Of a stretch of 64,000 bases of DNA, positions 49,286-62,100 are shown in pieces. The notes below the pieces were generated by a model. The model saw only the letters and a program-made list of their open reading frames with translations. It did not search any database and was not told the DNA's origin. The first letter of the stretch is position 1, and each line of letters starts with the position of its first letter. The position numbers were made by a program, and so were the translations under genes. The DNA is from Takakia lepidozioides (lineage: Eukaryota; Plantae; Bryophyta), in assembly GCA_030704615.1 (NCBI GenBank), contig CM060732.1, positions 44,578,001 to 44,642,000 of the forward strand. The letters run 5' to 3'.

Positions 49286-51134
49286 GCATTAGTTGGTCTG
49301 TTGAAAGTGATTGAGGAGTTTGGGACTCAGTCCTCGTGAGGTTGTCCTCCCTTTTCAAGGGGTCAGGTTCCTTAATTCACCGATCACACGGTGTGTGTGC
49401 CTCATGGTGTATACAGGGGTTTTAATTTTTTTCCCCACAATAATTATTATTAATAAAGTTTCCAGGGCCCCTATCCCCTGTTCTGTGAAAAAATAAATAA
49501 ACATAAAAACAAGCCTCAAAGGGCAATTGGCTCTCTTGCTTTGCTTTGGCACAACATAAGAGGAAGGTAAGAGTAGGGAACATGACTCAGCACACCGCAC
49601 CAATCAGCGCCTTGACACGGTGTAAGGTCCTTTGATCACATTTTCTCCATTGACTTGCATGTCTCCACAAAGTCTCTCTCAACAAGAGAGCTAATAAAAA
49701 AAAAAAAAATGCAATCTCTCAAATTTCATTAATCAATATCTATGTGTAATTTATTTTATTAATTAAAAAATAGTGACTGCCATCTCTGGCAGATTCTTTC
49801 ATGCCTGATATGCCTTGTTGAAGCTGAGGTGTGATTTCACTAGTAAGTTAGGAAGGGGGTGATGATGGCAATTAAACAGCCACAATTGCATCCAAGTAAG
49901 TAGATATGTTGTCAAGTGAAGAAGATGATGTGGGTTGGATGCCATATTATTGCCTCCACGCTGCTCATCTCTGTGCATCTGAAGCGAGGAGTGGGTGTTG
50001 TAAGACATGCTTCTGCTGGCAACGCTGCATTGGCTTCCACACTGTGCAGTGCATGCCTGCTGGCCTCCAGCTTTCATGTCCCACACTGCACCACACCGGC
50101 GCTTTATTGACCATCTATCTTTATTGACTCTACTGCCTGCGATACGTATTTGGCCACTGCTTTGCGGAGCTGGGCCACAGGAGCTTTGTTGTTGTTGATG
50201 ATGGAGTAGTGCAATACAAAGCAACTAGAGAAAGAAAGGAAAGAAAATACGTAGCTAGTAGCTACTGTGGTGAAAGACACGTTCCTAGTAAATAGTAGAG
50301 CAGCGGCGGCTGCTTCACCCTCCACACTCTCACAGACTTGCCCCTCTGTCTACCTGGGTCCTTTAGTCACTGTGGGAGCGGAGCCCTTCTCTCATGGCGG
50401 CTCGAGCGGGGTCTCCCTGCTCTGTCAGTGTTGTGAACTCTGGATTAGATTCATGATTTCTAAATCCTTACTGGGTTTTCTTGGATTGTGCTTCTTACAG
50501 CTCTGGCTCGAGTCTGGAGTCTGGACTTAGGGCCGCCTGTCGCTCAACGCGGGGTATTCTGGGTCTGCATTTGAATGAGAGAGCTCGTTAGCACTCGGAC
50601 AGCTGGTTTTGCAGTTTTGAGACGAAAGAAGGATGGCTTGGGCTGCTGTGCCTCCTCTCTCCTGTGGCAATCGTGACTTTGGACGGTGGGCGTTAGCTGT
50701 GCATTTGTGAGACTGTCCTTGTTTACTGAGAAGTATCCCCGACTCGACTGGAAACTGTTGCCTGCTAAGAGCGGAAAGCCATAATGCAGGCCTTGGTGAG
50801 ACTCGTACATTTGATTGCTGGTCGAGTCAGATGTAAATAGATGGGATTGTTGCCAAGAGCTTCAAGAGATGTTTCGGACTGGGAGGCGGCACTGTGACTA
50901 TTATTTAATACCGATATGAAACTCTTACTGTAGGACTTCCGTGAGATTTTGGCGTGGCAAAACTAGAGGCGCACTGAGAGGACCAGATTCTCTGGAGGTA
51001 GAGAGGCTTCGTTATGGTTTCTTCATTATGCCAACATTTTGGCAACTACAGATGCCACCAAAGTGGTCGATAATGAGATAGAGGTACTTCAGCGAAGCTG
51101 TGCTTGGATACAGAGAGAGCACCAGTTGCCAATC

Positions 51135-52967
51135 ATGCACCCAGGGACGTGCATGTCAGCTTTGGTGGGGTTACTGGTTGTGCTGGTGTTCGCGCCTGCA
51201 GTATTGGTGATCGCCCAAAGTCCAGACTTGACATGTCTACAAAAGTTCAAGGCGTCAGTGGGGGACCCTCAGGGCCATCTGTTAAGCTGGGATTTCAATG
51301 ATACAAGCCCTAAATCGGTTTGTTCATGGTTTGGTGTGACCTGCTATGGAAATTACGCTTTTCCAGTTTACTTCCTCAGCCTTGGGAGCTCTGAACTGAC
51401 GGGGTCCTTCCCCGATGGGCTGAGTGATTGCAAAGCTCTCAAGTGGCTGGACTTATCTGCCAACAATTTCGTGGGTCCTATTCCCGACAGTTTATGCTCA
51501 GATGTGCCTAATCTTGTGAATCTAGACCTTTCTCGTAACAAAATCAGGGGAAGCATTCCTGCGAATCTTTCCCTTTGTTCTTTCCTCAACAACATTGTCT
51601 TAAATGATAATGAGTTGTCTGGAACGATTCCAGGGCAGATTGGACTACTAGGTCGTCTTAAGAAGTTTGACGTCTCCAACAATCAACTGGAAGGCCTTAT
51701 TCCAAGCACCTTTGTAGACAGAAAAGCTGAGAATGGGGTTCGCTTCGATGGTAGCAGCTTTGAGAACAATGCAGGCCTTTGTGGTCCTCCACTGACCAAC
51801 AATTGTACAGCACCATCAGGGGGGGCGAACTCAAATGTCATTTTGGGAGGGGCGATTGGTGGTGCACTTGTGGCGGCTGTGGTAGGGGCCCTGGTTGTTT
51901 GGTTTTTGGGTCGGCCACCCAAAAAGCATGCTGCGATTATGAGGGATGACAGCAAGTGGGCGAAGCACATCAAAGCTTCCAAATCCATCAATGTGGCTAT
52001 GTTTGACAAGCCGCTGGTGAAGATCAGGTTGGCTGATCTCATGGCGGCTACAAATGAATTCAGCAAGGACAACATTGTGGGGTCTGGTCGCACGGGCACA
52101 GTGTACAAAGCTATGTTTCCGGATGGCTCGGCCATGGCAATCAAGAGGTTGCAGGTATCGGCTCACAGCGATCGCCAATTTAAGGCAGAGATGGAGACCC
52201 TTGGACAGGTGAAGCACCCCAACTTGTTGTCCCTGCTGGGTTACTGCGTGGCTGGAGGTGAGCGGCTTCTAGTGTACAAGCACATGCCCAAGGGTAGCTT
52301 ACGGGACTGTTTGCATAATGGGCCTGAAAAAGAGATACTGGAGTGGCCAGTTCGAGTGAAGATTGCCATCGGTGCCTCGCGGGGCCTTGCATGGCTGCAT
52401 GATAGCTGCAACCCGCGCATGATCCATCGGAACATCAGTGCCGGCAGCATACTCCTGGACGATGACTATGACTCCAAAATCACTGACTTTGGTCTCGCAC
52501 GTCTCACGAATCCTGTGGACACCCATATCAGCACTTTTGTCAATGGAGACTTCGGAGATGTAGGTTATGTGGCGCCAGAGTATGTGCGCACACTGGTGGC
52601 CACAACAAAGGGGGATGTCTACAGTTTTGGTATTGTTCTACTGGAGCTTGTGACAAGCCAAAAGCCTGTTGATGTCTTGGTGGATGGGGACTTCAAGGGG
52701 AATCTCGCTGAATGGATCCGAATGCTCTCCGCCAGTGGCCGGATTGCCGACGCCATTGATAGGTCCCTGACTGGCAAAGGAGTGGATGACGAGTTAATGC
52801 AGATTCTAAAGGTAGCCTGCTCGTGTGTTCTATCACCGGCCAAGGGACGGCCATCCATGTACGAGGTTTATCAGGTGCTACTTGCAATCGGTCAAAAACA
52901 AACTCACACCTATCAATCTGAGCGTTTGAGTAGTGCAAAGCGGGAATTCATTGTTGCTGTCACATGA
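51135..52967 (+). CDS. LRR receptor-like (pseudo)kinase, BIR1-like (LRR-X), intronless coding region
   Basis: Signal peptide, LRRNT cap (CSWFGVTC), ~5 LRRs, TM helix, KIRLADLMAATNEFSKDNIVGSGRTGTVYKA. The catalytic loop reads HRNIS, without Asp, as in BIR proteins. The first ATG at 51135 is preferred over the TTG at 51039. Confidence 0.9.
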   Translation: MHPGTCMSALVGLLVVLVFAPAVLVIAQSPDLTCLQKFKASVGDPQGHLLSWDFNDTSPKSVCSWFGVTCYGNYAFPVYFLSLGSSELTGSFPDGLSDCKALKWLDLSANNFVGPIPDSLCSDVPNLVNLDLSRNKIRGSIPANLSLCSFLNNIVLNDNELSGTIPGQIGLLGRLKKFDVSNNQLEGLIPSTFVDRKAENGVRFDGSSFENNAGLCGPPLTNNCTAPSGGANSNVILGGAIGGALVAAVVGALVVWFLGRPPKKHAAIMRDDSKWAKHIKASKSINVAMFDKPLVKIRLADLMAATNEFSKDNIVGSGRTGTVYKAMFPDGSAMAIKRLQVSAHSDRQFKAEMETLGQVKHPNLLSLLGYCVAGGERLLVYKHMPKGSLRDCLHNGPEKEILEWPVRVKIAIGASRGLAWLHDSCNPRMIHRNISAGSILLDDDYDSKITDFGLARLTNPVDTHISTFVNGDFGDVGYVAPEYVRTLVATTKGDVYSFGIVLLELVTSQKPVDVLVDGDFKGNLAEWIRMLSASGRIADAIDRSLTGKGVDDELMQILKVACSCVLSPAKGRPSMYEVYQVLLAIGQKQTHTYQSERLSSAKREFIVAVT

Positions 52968-54679
52968 AAACTCCTCGGATTTCAAACTCAATTCCCACTG
53001 GATTCGTTGCTGGACAATTCAAGAGTACTGGTGTGATGGAGGGGGAACAGGCCCATTGTTATCGCAAGCTTTTAAAGTAAATTCTTTTTGTTTTCAATAG
53101 CTCGCCCATGTGCAAAGAGGAACCCGTTATTGGAGATGCAGAGCTCTGGCATTTTCTGTCTTCACATATGATTATGACCACAGTAGCTCATGTCACACTG
53201 TGCTTCGCCTCTGAAAGCGCAGTGGCGAGAGAGGCGGTGAAACTGCCAACTCACATGGCTATTATTGCCTTCAGGCCAGTTCCTGTACATAGGTGTGAGT
53301 ATATCTGCAAGTGCATACCTCAGAGAGCAAGAGAGAGTTGATGGAATGTACTCATAAGACGTTGTTTGCCGTAAAGAGAGAGGGGTTGATAGAGAGAACG
53401 AGAGCAAAATTAGGTGCTTTGGAGGCTCAAAACTATCAAACTTTCGTTTTGTGAAGGTCAAAGATAATCCAATCTAAGTATCATGGTAAGCTGTGGCCAT
53501 GCCCGGGGGGGGGGGGGGGGGGTGACTGAGCAGCTGCTGCTCAGCAGGGATGGCTGATATCCTGGGACTGTTACTTCAATTCTCTCAGGAGGCTGTGAAT
53601 AGGAAAGCAGGATTATAAAAGCTCTGATTCTTTTATGACAGTAAGTGGAAGGCTCAAGGGATGCAACTAGTGGAACGGTTTCTAGTTTCTACTTGCAGAT
53701 GCCTCGGAGAAGATACTGAGATTGGCATGTCATACTTCCCATTCATGGAATCATCAATCCATACTATAGTTTGCAATCTTGTCACTGGTAGTGCGGAGCA
53801 ATGTGGAGCCCCAGTTTATATAGAATTGAAAGAAGCAATACTAATCAATCACAATCATAGTCACTCGGAGGGCAAGTCACTGAATAGACTATCATTACCA
53901 CTGAACTTTCCTTCTCTCTTATATTGTCTGAGAGATGTTCTCACTCCTCACCATAGCTCTCAGTATTCTGACTATCCCTATCCATGTTATCGTCCGGCTC
54001 CACACATAGCCTAGAGCAAAAATCTCCAATTTTTTTTAGCATTTTGCCCTTGTCTTCTACTACTTCCAGCAGTTTTGAGCCCCCAGTGGTGTTGAACTAC
54101 AAGATGCAAACAACAGCGCAAAGGTCTGGTAACATCAAATCTTTCTACATGTTTGCATCACGCCTTTGAGAGATGAAGTTGAAAGGGTGAGTAGTAATAT
54201 AAGGCAGCCGGCAAGAAGTCTTCCAAAAGACCACGATCTGAATTAGCCTAAGATGCATGGAAGTAAGCTATCAGAAACACTTCATAGGCTCACAATAATA
54301 CCAGGAACCAGCTGCAGTACCACAATTGTGTTTTTTCCTGATTTGATTGGCAGAGAGAAGACTCTGGCCAAAGCTGGCGTAACAAAGACCAAGAGCCACT
54401 CAGACTAAGAGCCACTTCACCCCTTTTGAGGGTTGGCACAACTTCATGACATCCCATTGTCATAAGAAAACTTGCTAAAAACATAATAGAGTGGAATAAA
54501 TGTATCTGATCAAGAGTTTTCTTCTGCATAATTCACAGTATACCTCAATGGCTGAGGGTGTTTCCAGGGATGGACTCTCCCTTGTTTGAGAGTAAGTGCA
54601 GCCTTTCAATGTTACAAATTGTTTCTTCACAAGGTCGCCCCTTGATGTAAATGAAATGAATTTTTCTGCCCTCTCCAAT

Positions 54680-54940
54680 TCGAAATGGCACACATCTTTT
54701 GCTGGAAGTCTTTCTTTCTTTCTTCCTTTCATGATGATTTGCCAGTAATACCCCCAAGAACAAATCCCGTCTTGGAAGTGATGAAAGCGGGTGACATCCC
54801 GCTTTTCTGCACTTTTATGCCCTCCTCCTTCGAAATGGCACACATCTTTTGCTGGAAGTCTTTCTTTCTTTCTTCCTTTCATGATGATTTACCAGTAATC
54901 CCCACAAGAACAAATCCCGTCTTGGAAGTGATGAAAGCGG
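54680..54940 (-). repeat. ~110-bp tandem duplication of the DYW gene 3' end and UTR
   Basis: 54680-54790 matches 54830-54940. Confidence 0.9.
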
Positions 54941-57900
54941 TTGGCATCCCGTACAACAATTGGACGCTCAACAATCTTACAGATGAACTTGGTGGCGGTG
55001 TGGCAGTCACCACACACACGAAGGTTCTTGATAATACGGACTGGTGTCCCAGGGGACGTGCTGATGAGCCCAAAAGCGATGGCCAGCTTCTCACTGTGGT
55101 GGCAAAGAGAAAATTCCTTTTGTTCCTCCTCCACATCACGCAATACAAAACTTGTGTCAGGCACATACCCAGCCCTTTTCATCCAGCCAGACAATCTCTT
55201 CAGTTCAGTATGGATTTCCTCAACTTGCGGATGCAATTTATCATCTACAACAAAGGTATGAACCTTGTTGTTCACCTCAATAAAGCTGCGCCCTGGCTCC
55301 TTTCTGACACCTCTGTCCTGCATCATTTTTCTCACCTTTGCAGTATCATCCCATCTACCAGCCGCAGCATAGATGTTTGACAGCAGCACATATGTTGCAG
55401 CATCCTGGGGGTCCCACTGGAGAAGGCATTTTGCTGCCCGTTCTGCTACCTCTACAGCACCATGGATCCTGCAGGCACCGAGCAAGGCCCTCCACACTGG
55501 AGCACCTGGTTCAATGGGCATTCTCTTAATTAAGTCCTCTGCCTCAACCAATCGCCCAGCACGACCAAGAAGGTCTACCATACAGCCAAAATGCTCCGCT
55601 GTAGTAGTGAGGCCATAATCTTCATGCATGGAATCAAAGTAGTGATGGCCTTCATTTACCAGGCCTACATGGCTACAAGCAGAGAGAACACATGTAAAGG
55701 TGATGTTGTTTGGTTTGAAGCCTTCCTGTTGCATTTGTTCAAATAGCTGCAGAGCCTCCCTACCACACCCATGCTGACCATAACCTGCAATCATCACACT
55801 CCATGAGACCACATCCTTTTTAGCCATATTGTTGAACAATCGATGGGCATACTTAACACTACCAGATTCAGCATACATATTAACAAGGGCAGTCTCCAGA
55901 ATCATATCTTGTGCAATTCCAGCTTTGATGATGTCAGCATGGACCTCTTTGCCCCTTTCCAGGGCTGCCAGGCTGGCACACGCATCGAGAACACAAATAA
56001 ATGTGACTTTGTTGGGTGTCACCTTGTCTCGTATCATTTGCTCATAAAGCTTGAAAGCCCTCATATCACAGCCATGCTGAGAATATCCTGCAATCATCGC
56101 ATTCCATGTGACCACATTCCGATGAGTCATGTTGTCGAAAACCTGTCGCGCATCTTCCATGTCACCACATTTAGCATACATGTCGACAAGGGCAGTGTCC
56201 AGGATAATATCTTGTGCAATCCCAGCTTTGATGATGTCAGCATGAACATGTTTTCCCTTTCCCAGGGCTGCCAGGCTGGCACATGCATTGAGAATGCAAA
56301 TGAACGTGACTTTGTCAGGCATCACCCCTTCTCGTACCATTTGCTGATGAATCTCCATAGCCTCCACACTACACCCCTGCTGAGCATATCCTGAAATCAT
56401 CGCATTCCATGAGACCACATCTCGTTGAGCCATACTGTCAAACACTTGCCGCGCATCCTTCATGTTCCCACATTTGGCATACATATCAACCAGGGAAGTC
56501 TCCAGAATGACATCTGGCACAAATCCTGCTTTGATGATATCAGCATGGATGTGTTTGCACCTTTCCAGGACCGCCAGGCTGGTGCACGCATTGAGAATCC
56601 AAATGAATGTCACCTTGTTGGGTGTCACCCCTTCTCGTATCATTTGCTCATACATTCTGAAAGCCTCCATACCACACCTCTGCTGTGCATATCCTGCGAT
56701 CATTTCATTCCATGTAACAACATCTCGGTGAGCCATATGGTCAAACACTTCCCATGCATCTTGCATATTCCCACATTTGGCATACATGCCAACAAGGGCA
56801 GTCTCCAGGATGATATCTGGTGCAATTCCAGTTTTAATGATGTCAGCATGCACTTCTTTGCCCTTTTCCAGGGCTCCTAGGCTGGAACACGCCTTCAGAA
56901 TGCAAATGAATGTGACATTGTCGGGCATTACCCCTTCCTGTATCATTTGCTGATAGATCTCGAAAGCCTGTGTACCCCACCCATGCTCAGCATATCCTGC
57001 CATCATTATAGTCCATGTGAAAACATCTCGTTTGGGCATTTTGTCGAACAAGAGGCGTGCATCAACCACACTTCCACACTTGGTATACATGTGGAGAAGG
57101 GCTTTGAGTAGAAAGATATTTGGCTTGAATCCACTTTGAATAATGTGGGTATGTACCTGCTTTCCCATCTCAAGGTCTCGGATTTTGATGCACTCACGCA
57201 AGAGACAGACATAAGCATTGGAGTGAACCGAGATGCCTTGTTCAATCAAAATGTGTAGTGCCTCTTTCAATTGTCCTGCCTTGCATAGTGTCCTCACATC
57301 CCTCCAGGTGTTAGCAGGGTTATTGTTGACTGCACCACCAGATTCTTCTGGCCCTTGTATTATAACAGCTAGTACAGCCTTTACCCAACGAGGGCTTGAC
57401 CAACCCTCAATCCAAAGGGCCTCATTTGTGCGCTTATGTCTGAAGTCGGGTGACCTTGGACTTCTCTACGGAAACGACCAGTGGACAGCTGAGCAGCCAT
57501 AAATTCAACCATGGCGTTGCATAGACAAGGCTACAACCAGCAGAATTCCACAAATAACGAGAACAATCTACTGATAGCACCAGCAAGGAGCACTTCTGCT
57601 GGTTTGTCTCTTGCAACAGGAGTGAGGCAGTGCTGCCATAGTGAACATGTAATGCAATCCATCCACAAAACATCATTATGCTGGCTTCATCCACAAGCCC
57701 TCCTTGACAAACTTATGTCCCAAACAACCTCACCTTATTAAACCTGTTGTCCCACCACTGTGAAGGATCTGAGAAGAACTCCTGCCAGAGTCGCGCTGAA
57801 AGATCTGAGATGAATTCCTGCCACAGTTGTTCTTTGCTCTTTGTTTGACCTGTGTGCAAGAACTACAAGGCCATGAAACTTTGCAAGCTTCTAATTGCCT

Positions 57901-58271
57901 ACATCTGAATTGAGGAGCCCTACTGCATTGGAGAAGCTTACAAAAAAGAGATTGACTCCTGCCGAAGCAACCGTAGGTGGATCCCTCCGTGGCGAACAGT
58001 TTAAAGAACCCCAAAAGAAGTGTGCAAAGATTTCGACGTCTGTACCTTCCTTCGCTATCCCTCCAGGCTGTGGATGTGTCAATGCCATCACTCGCAAAGG
58101 TTTGGGGCCCCGCAGCGGCAAGCTGGGCATCCATTTCAGCTCCACAGATTCGCTTCTGAATCTGCTGCTGGATCCGAGGCCTCCAGCCCATTCATTCGAA
58201 GGGGAAAACAACCCCCTGGGTGTGTCCTCGCCTTGCAGCAAGCTGATAAGAGCGGCGGAGCTCGCTGCCAT
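54889..58271 (-). CDS. PLS-class PPR-E-DYW organellar RNA-editing factor with N-terminal OSB-type PDF motif; exons 58271-58046, 57849-57734, 57465-54889 (~972 aa)
   Basis: GT-AG borders keep the frame (226+116+2577 nt). Ser/Ala-rich N-terminus; LWQEFFSDPSQWWDNRFNK|RSPRSPDFRHKRTNEALW; PLS repeats; PG box KEPGRSFIEV; HSEKLA, CGDCH and terminal DYW are intact. The exon 1 donor is the least certain border. Confidence 0.9.
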
Positions 58272-59153
58272 ATCTGTGCAACAAGACTCCTTCGTCAGGA
58301 GTAAGTGCATGTGAAATCCTGATACTTGTTGGTGTGCATTCTGAGGTTGCTTTCAAAATATGAAAGATCCGTCAGAATGGAAACCAAAACAAACTTCATG
58401 GCCCAAAGTCTGTGGCAAGAGTGCGGAATGAACTCCAAACCAGGCAGGCCTGCAGAACGCGAGGCAAGCGACTGAGAGAGAAGAAGTGCAAGACAAAAAA
58501 ATTCTCTTCTTTCTTGTCTTGTTTTGTCCAAGTTTATGGTTGTTCTTATTAGTCTAGCCCAGTAACCTGATAGTGTTGTTGTAACATGTATGGAAGATCA
58601 AGTAAGCAACAAAACAAGAAAGTTACAGACTTGTCAACCACTTCTGCCATCCTTTTGAGCAATGGAATACAAGCAAAGTGCAACAAGCAACAGCCCTGCC
58701 CTTTGAGACCATTAAATCATGCCTCACTTACCAAGGCTCGTTAAATTGTCCTCCATTCTTTGGATTGGAAGTGAGGCAAAGTTTATTGGAAATAGAAGAG
58801 AGCATTTGGCTTTCCATTTATTCGGTGCACTGTCTAAATGCACAACGCGGTCCAACAAATGGGTTGAATGAAATGAACAGTTCTCTCTCAGGTTTTTGTG
58901 CTTGCTACACAATTTGGCCATTACTTCATTTCACTTGTTGCTCACTTTCCATACTGCAAGATGCAGGGGCCAGCATTTTTGCCTCTGTAGGTGGCGTCAT
59001 TAGTCACTTTCAGGTGACTACAACTGATGGATCATAACTGGAAAGAATGGAAGTTCTGGGAGCCTATTGGAAAGAAACACACTTCCAGTTCAGCAAATGC
59101 CAACTCCAAAATGTCGACTTAAAAATGTCAACTCAAACATTAAATGAAGTAAC

Positions 59154-62100
59154 CTATGCTGCTACTGCTGGCTCCAAATCGCTCCCACTGTCATCTTCTT
59201 GAAGGGATGCAGCTGTGTGTCCTTGCTCAAAATTGGCAGCCTTGGGAATGAGACCCAGAATCTTGAACATCTGTTGATCAGCGTCGATATCATTGTTGGG
59301 GGTTGTGAGCAGCTTCTCACCGGTGAAGATGGAGTTAGCTCCCGCCATGAAACATAATGCCTATTCATCACCACAGCCATGTGCATTAGTTTTACTAGCC
59401 AAGGCATGGAACAATAATCCAACCGCTGTTCCTACCTTGCCATGTAGTAGGGTAACAACAACAGATCGAAAAGTCTCAATTGTCCCCTTCTGTATTCTCA
59501 TCTACACAACAGCAGCCGTCATTCTCCATGAAACAACTTCGCAACTTCCCACCCAGCCTTGACCCACCCAGTGCTTCATTTTATTGACTACAGACGCATC
59601 TTCTATGCAACCAAACAAGGTTTTGTTTTTCAGGAGGCTGAGAGGATTCCAAAATACAGCAAACAAAAGTGATACCTGTTCTGGCTGGGAGAAGCGCACA
59701 CGCCCTGCTGATAGCCTCACCATTGCATTGGGCATCACTATGCGCGTGGTGGCAATCATGCGAACCATCTCCCATATCTCAACTGGCTGTGGGCAATCAT
59801 GGACACAACATTCCGCTCAAGGTTCTGGTACTGGCTGATGAGGGAAACGAGCGAGCGAACGACGACAGAGAGATGGAGAAAGAAACTTTGTAATGTCCAC
59901 AGGGGGTGTCAAGGGCCCATGGAAAGAAGTAAGGGCCCACGGGACACAAGGAGAGATAAACTGACAAGTTTACTTGCATCAGCATGGACAGATCGTATCC
60001 TAACATCCACCCTCCACGACAGTCCAGTCAACTAGCTCACAGCTTTCATGACTAGGTAGAACACTTACTCACACTCACACGCCTCCTCCTGTTTTTCTGC
60101 CAGTCTACCATTTAACCTTCTTTGGCAAAACATTGGGTGCTTGGAGTGTGTTGACTTCAGAGAGCAAGACTGGTCTGTGAGCAGTATCCTACGCTGTTCT
60201 AGAGGCCCTTCATCATCATTTCAGATTTAAAACGCAACAAGGACAGTGACAGTCGTGTACATCTCCAAACATGATGAGTTTTACTAAAATGATTACCATT
60301 TCACACAGCTAGGCAAACAGTTAAAGGAAACACCTTTTGGTTTTCCAGAGGAGTTCCTTCCACAGCAAGAAGTGCATTAATAGGCACACTCTCTGGGTGT
60401 TCAGGCAAAGTGGCCAATGTGTGAAGAAGTCCAACCCGATCCTCATCAGCTTCACCGAGGCCAATAATTCCCCCTGCCAGCCATGGAAAAACAACCACTT
60501 GTACAGCCTTCATGTCTAGATTCAGCCAAAGTGCCCACAACATGCCAAGCCCGTTTTCGCACCCCATCAAACGAGTGATGGATGTACTACAAAGATGAGT
60601 CCCACCCACTACCAAGATTGAGAAAAAGTCGAGGCTCAGACAGTTCACTATCGATCAGCATTTCCTCTCTGGCCACGCGAACTTGGTCTCAATGCCTTTC
60701 ACCAACTCTTCATCCATCAAGTAATCATAGACTTCAATATTAAAGCTTACCTTCACTCTATCAGTCACCCGAGTCAATTAGCACAAGCACATAACCTTGA
60801 TCTAACTCTTTGAAATGAAAGTGAGGACTTGAATGCCCATCTTCACAGTATGGAAGAGGCTACCATACTGGTCTCAAGGGCAGTGATCTGTCTGGCTAGC
60901 TGGCTATCTCTATGCTCTCACAGTCGGGGGACCCATAGTCGCTGGTTTTGCGACATATATTATGCAGTCCCGTAGGAAACCCCGGAGCATGAGAGAGAGG
61001 GTAATATGCAACTAAGGCACTTGATGTACCTGAGCACACACTGATGCCAGCCTCGCGAACGAACTCAAGAGTTTGGAGTCTCTCATCATAGGAGCGAGTG
61101 GTTATAATTTTGGGATAGAATTCCCGTGAGGTGTCCAGGTTGTGGTTATAAGCTGTGAGGCCAGCATTCTTGAGTTGCTCAGCCTGCTGCTTCTCCAGCA
61201 TACCCAGCGTGCAGCATACTTCCATCCCCATTCCTCTGCTCAACCAGACACATACTCAGTAAAACTATTATTGGCTATCTCATAGAACCTGAAGACAATT
61301 TTAGTTACAAACAGTAGCAAGTGCCAGTGAGACTAACATTTCAATGCTTTCCGAGAGAAAACAGCACACATCAAATAGACGAAGTTATGGAAATCTGTAG
61401 GCTAAGACTGAAAGCACCAAAACAATACAAGAGGATATCCATGTCAGGTAAACATTCAAGTAAATTGAGTGTCACTCCTGACTTGCTAGTGTAATATACT
61501 CGCAGAATTCCAAGTCACATACCATACCGAGGGCTTCCAATTCCTATGGCATTCTGAAAGGTTATACTTCTCATTATGTTAAAACCTCTTCACACAATAT
61601 TTACTCATGGATGTGCAGTGGGATCTTGTCTACAAACTATGCTTCAAGTGTAAATATAGGACGTGATGAATGGATCCTGATCATCTTATGGTCCTTGTAA
61701 GGCACCTGATCTCCTTGACATAGTCAAGAATCTGATTGAAGTTCGTCTTCCTGCCGACCGTATCTCGCCAAGCAGCACCCATACAGAATCGCGAGCTCCC
61801 TGCTTCCTTAGCCTGTAGCATGCCCCACATCCCCTTACGTGAAGATCTTTCTTGGCAACTGTGGACAACCCAATTGTCACTGACCATGCGAGTAACCTGT
61901 CCAAAAATATAATCAAAACAAGAAAAGACCTGGAAAGCATTCAAATTTGTTGTTGCAGCTAAAAGGTTAATGCTTGCTGCCATCTACAGAAATTTGTGAC
62001 TTTCCTATACATCTGCAAAAAAGCACGTTCAAAGTAATGTTTGACAACCACAAACAAGCCAGCAACAAGGAGCCGAGCCAACAGAAACCAAGCATAAGAA

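Noticed and set aside
53504-53522. Poly-G tract as a regulatory G-quadruplex
   Set aside because: A simple homopolymer with no supporting context; its length may be a sequencing artefact.
54685-57502. Plus-strand ORFs overlapping the PPR gene (and similar antisense ORFs over TE and BIR coding regions)
   Set aside because: Antisense shadows of real coding sequence, with no independent motifs.
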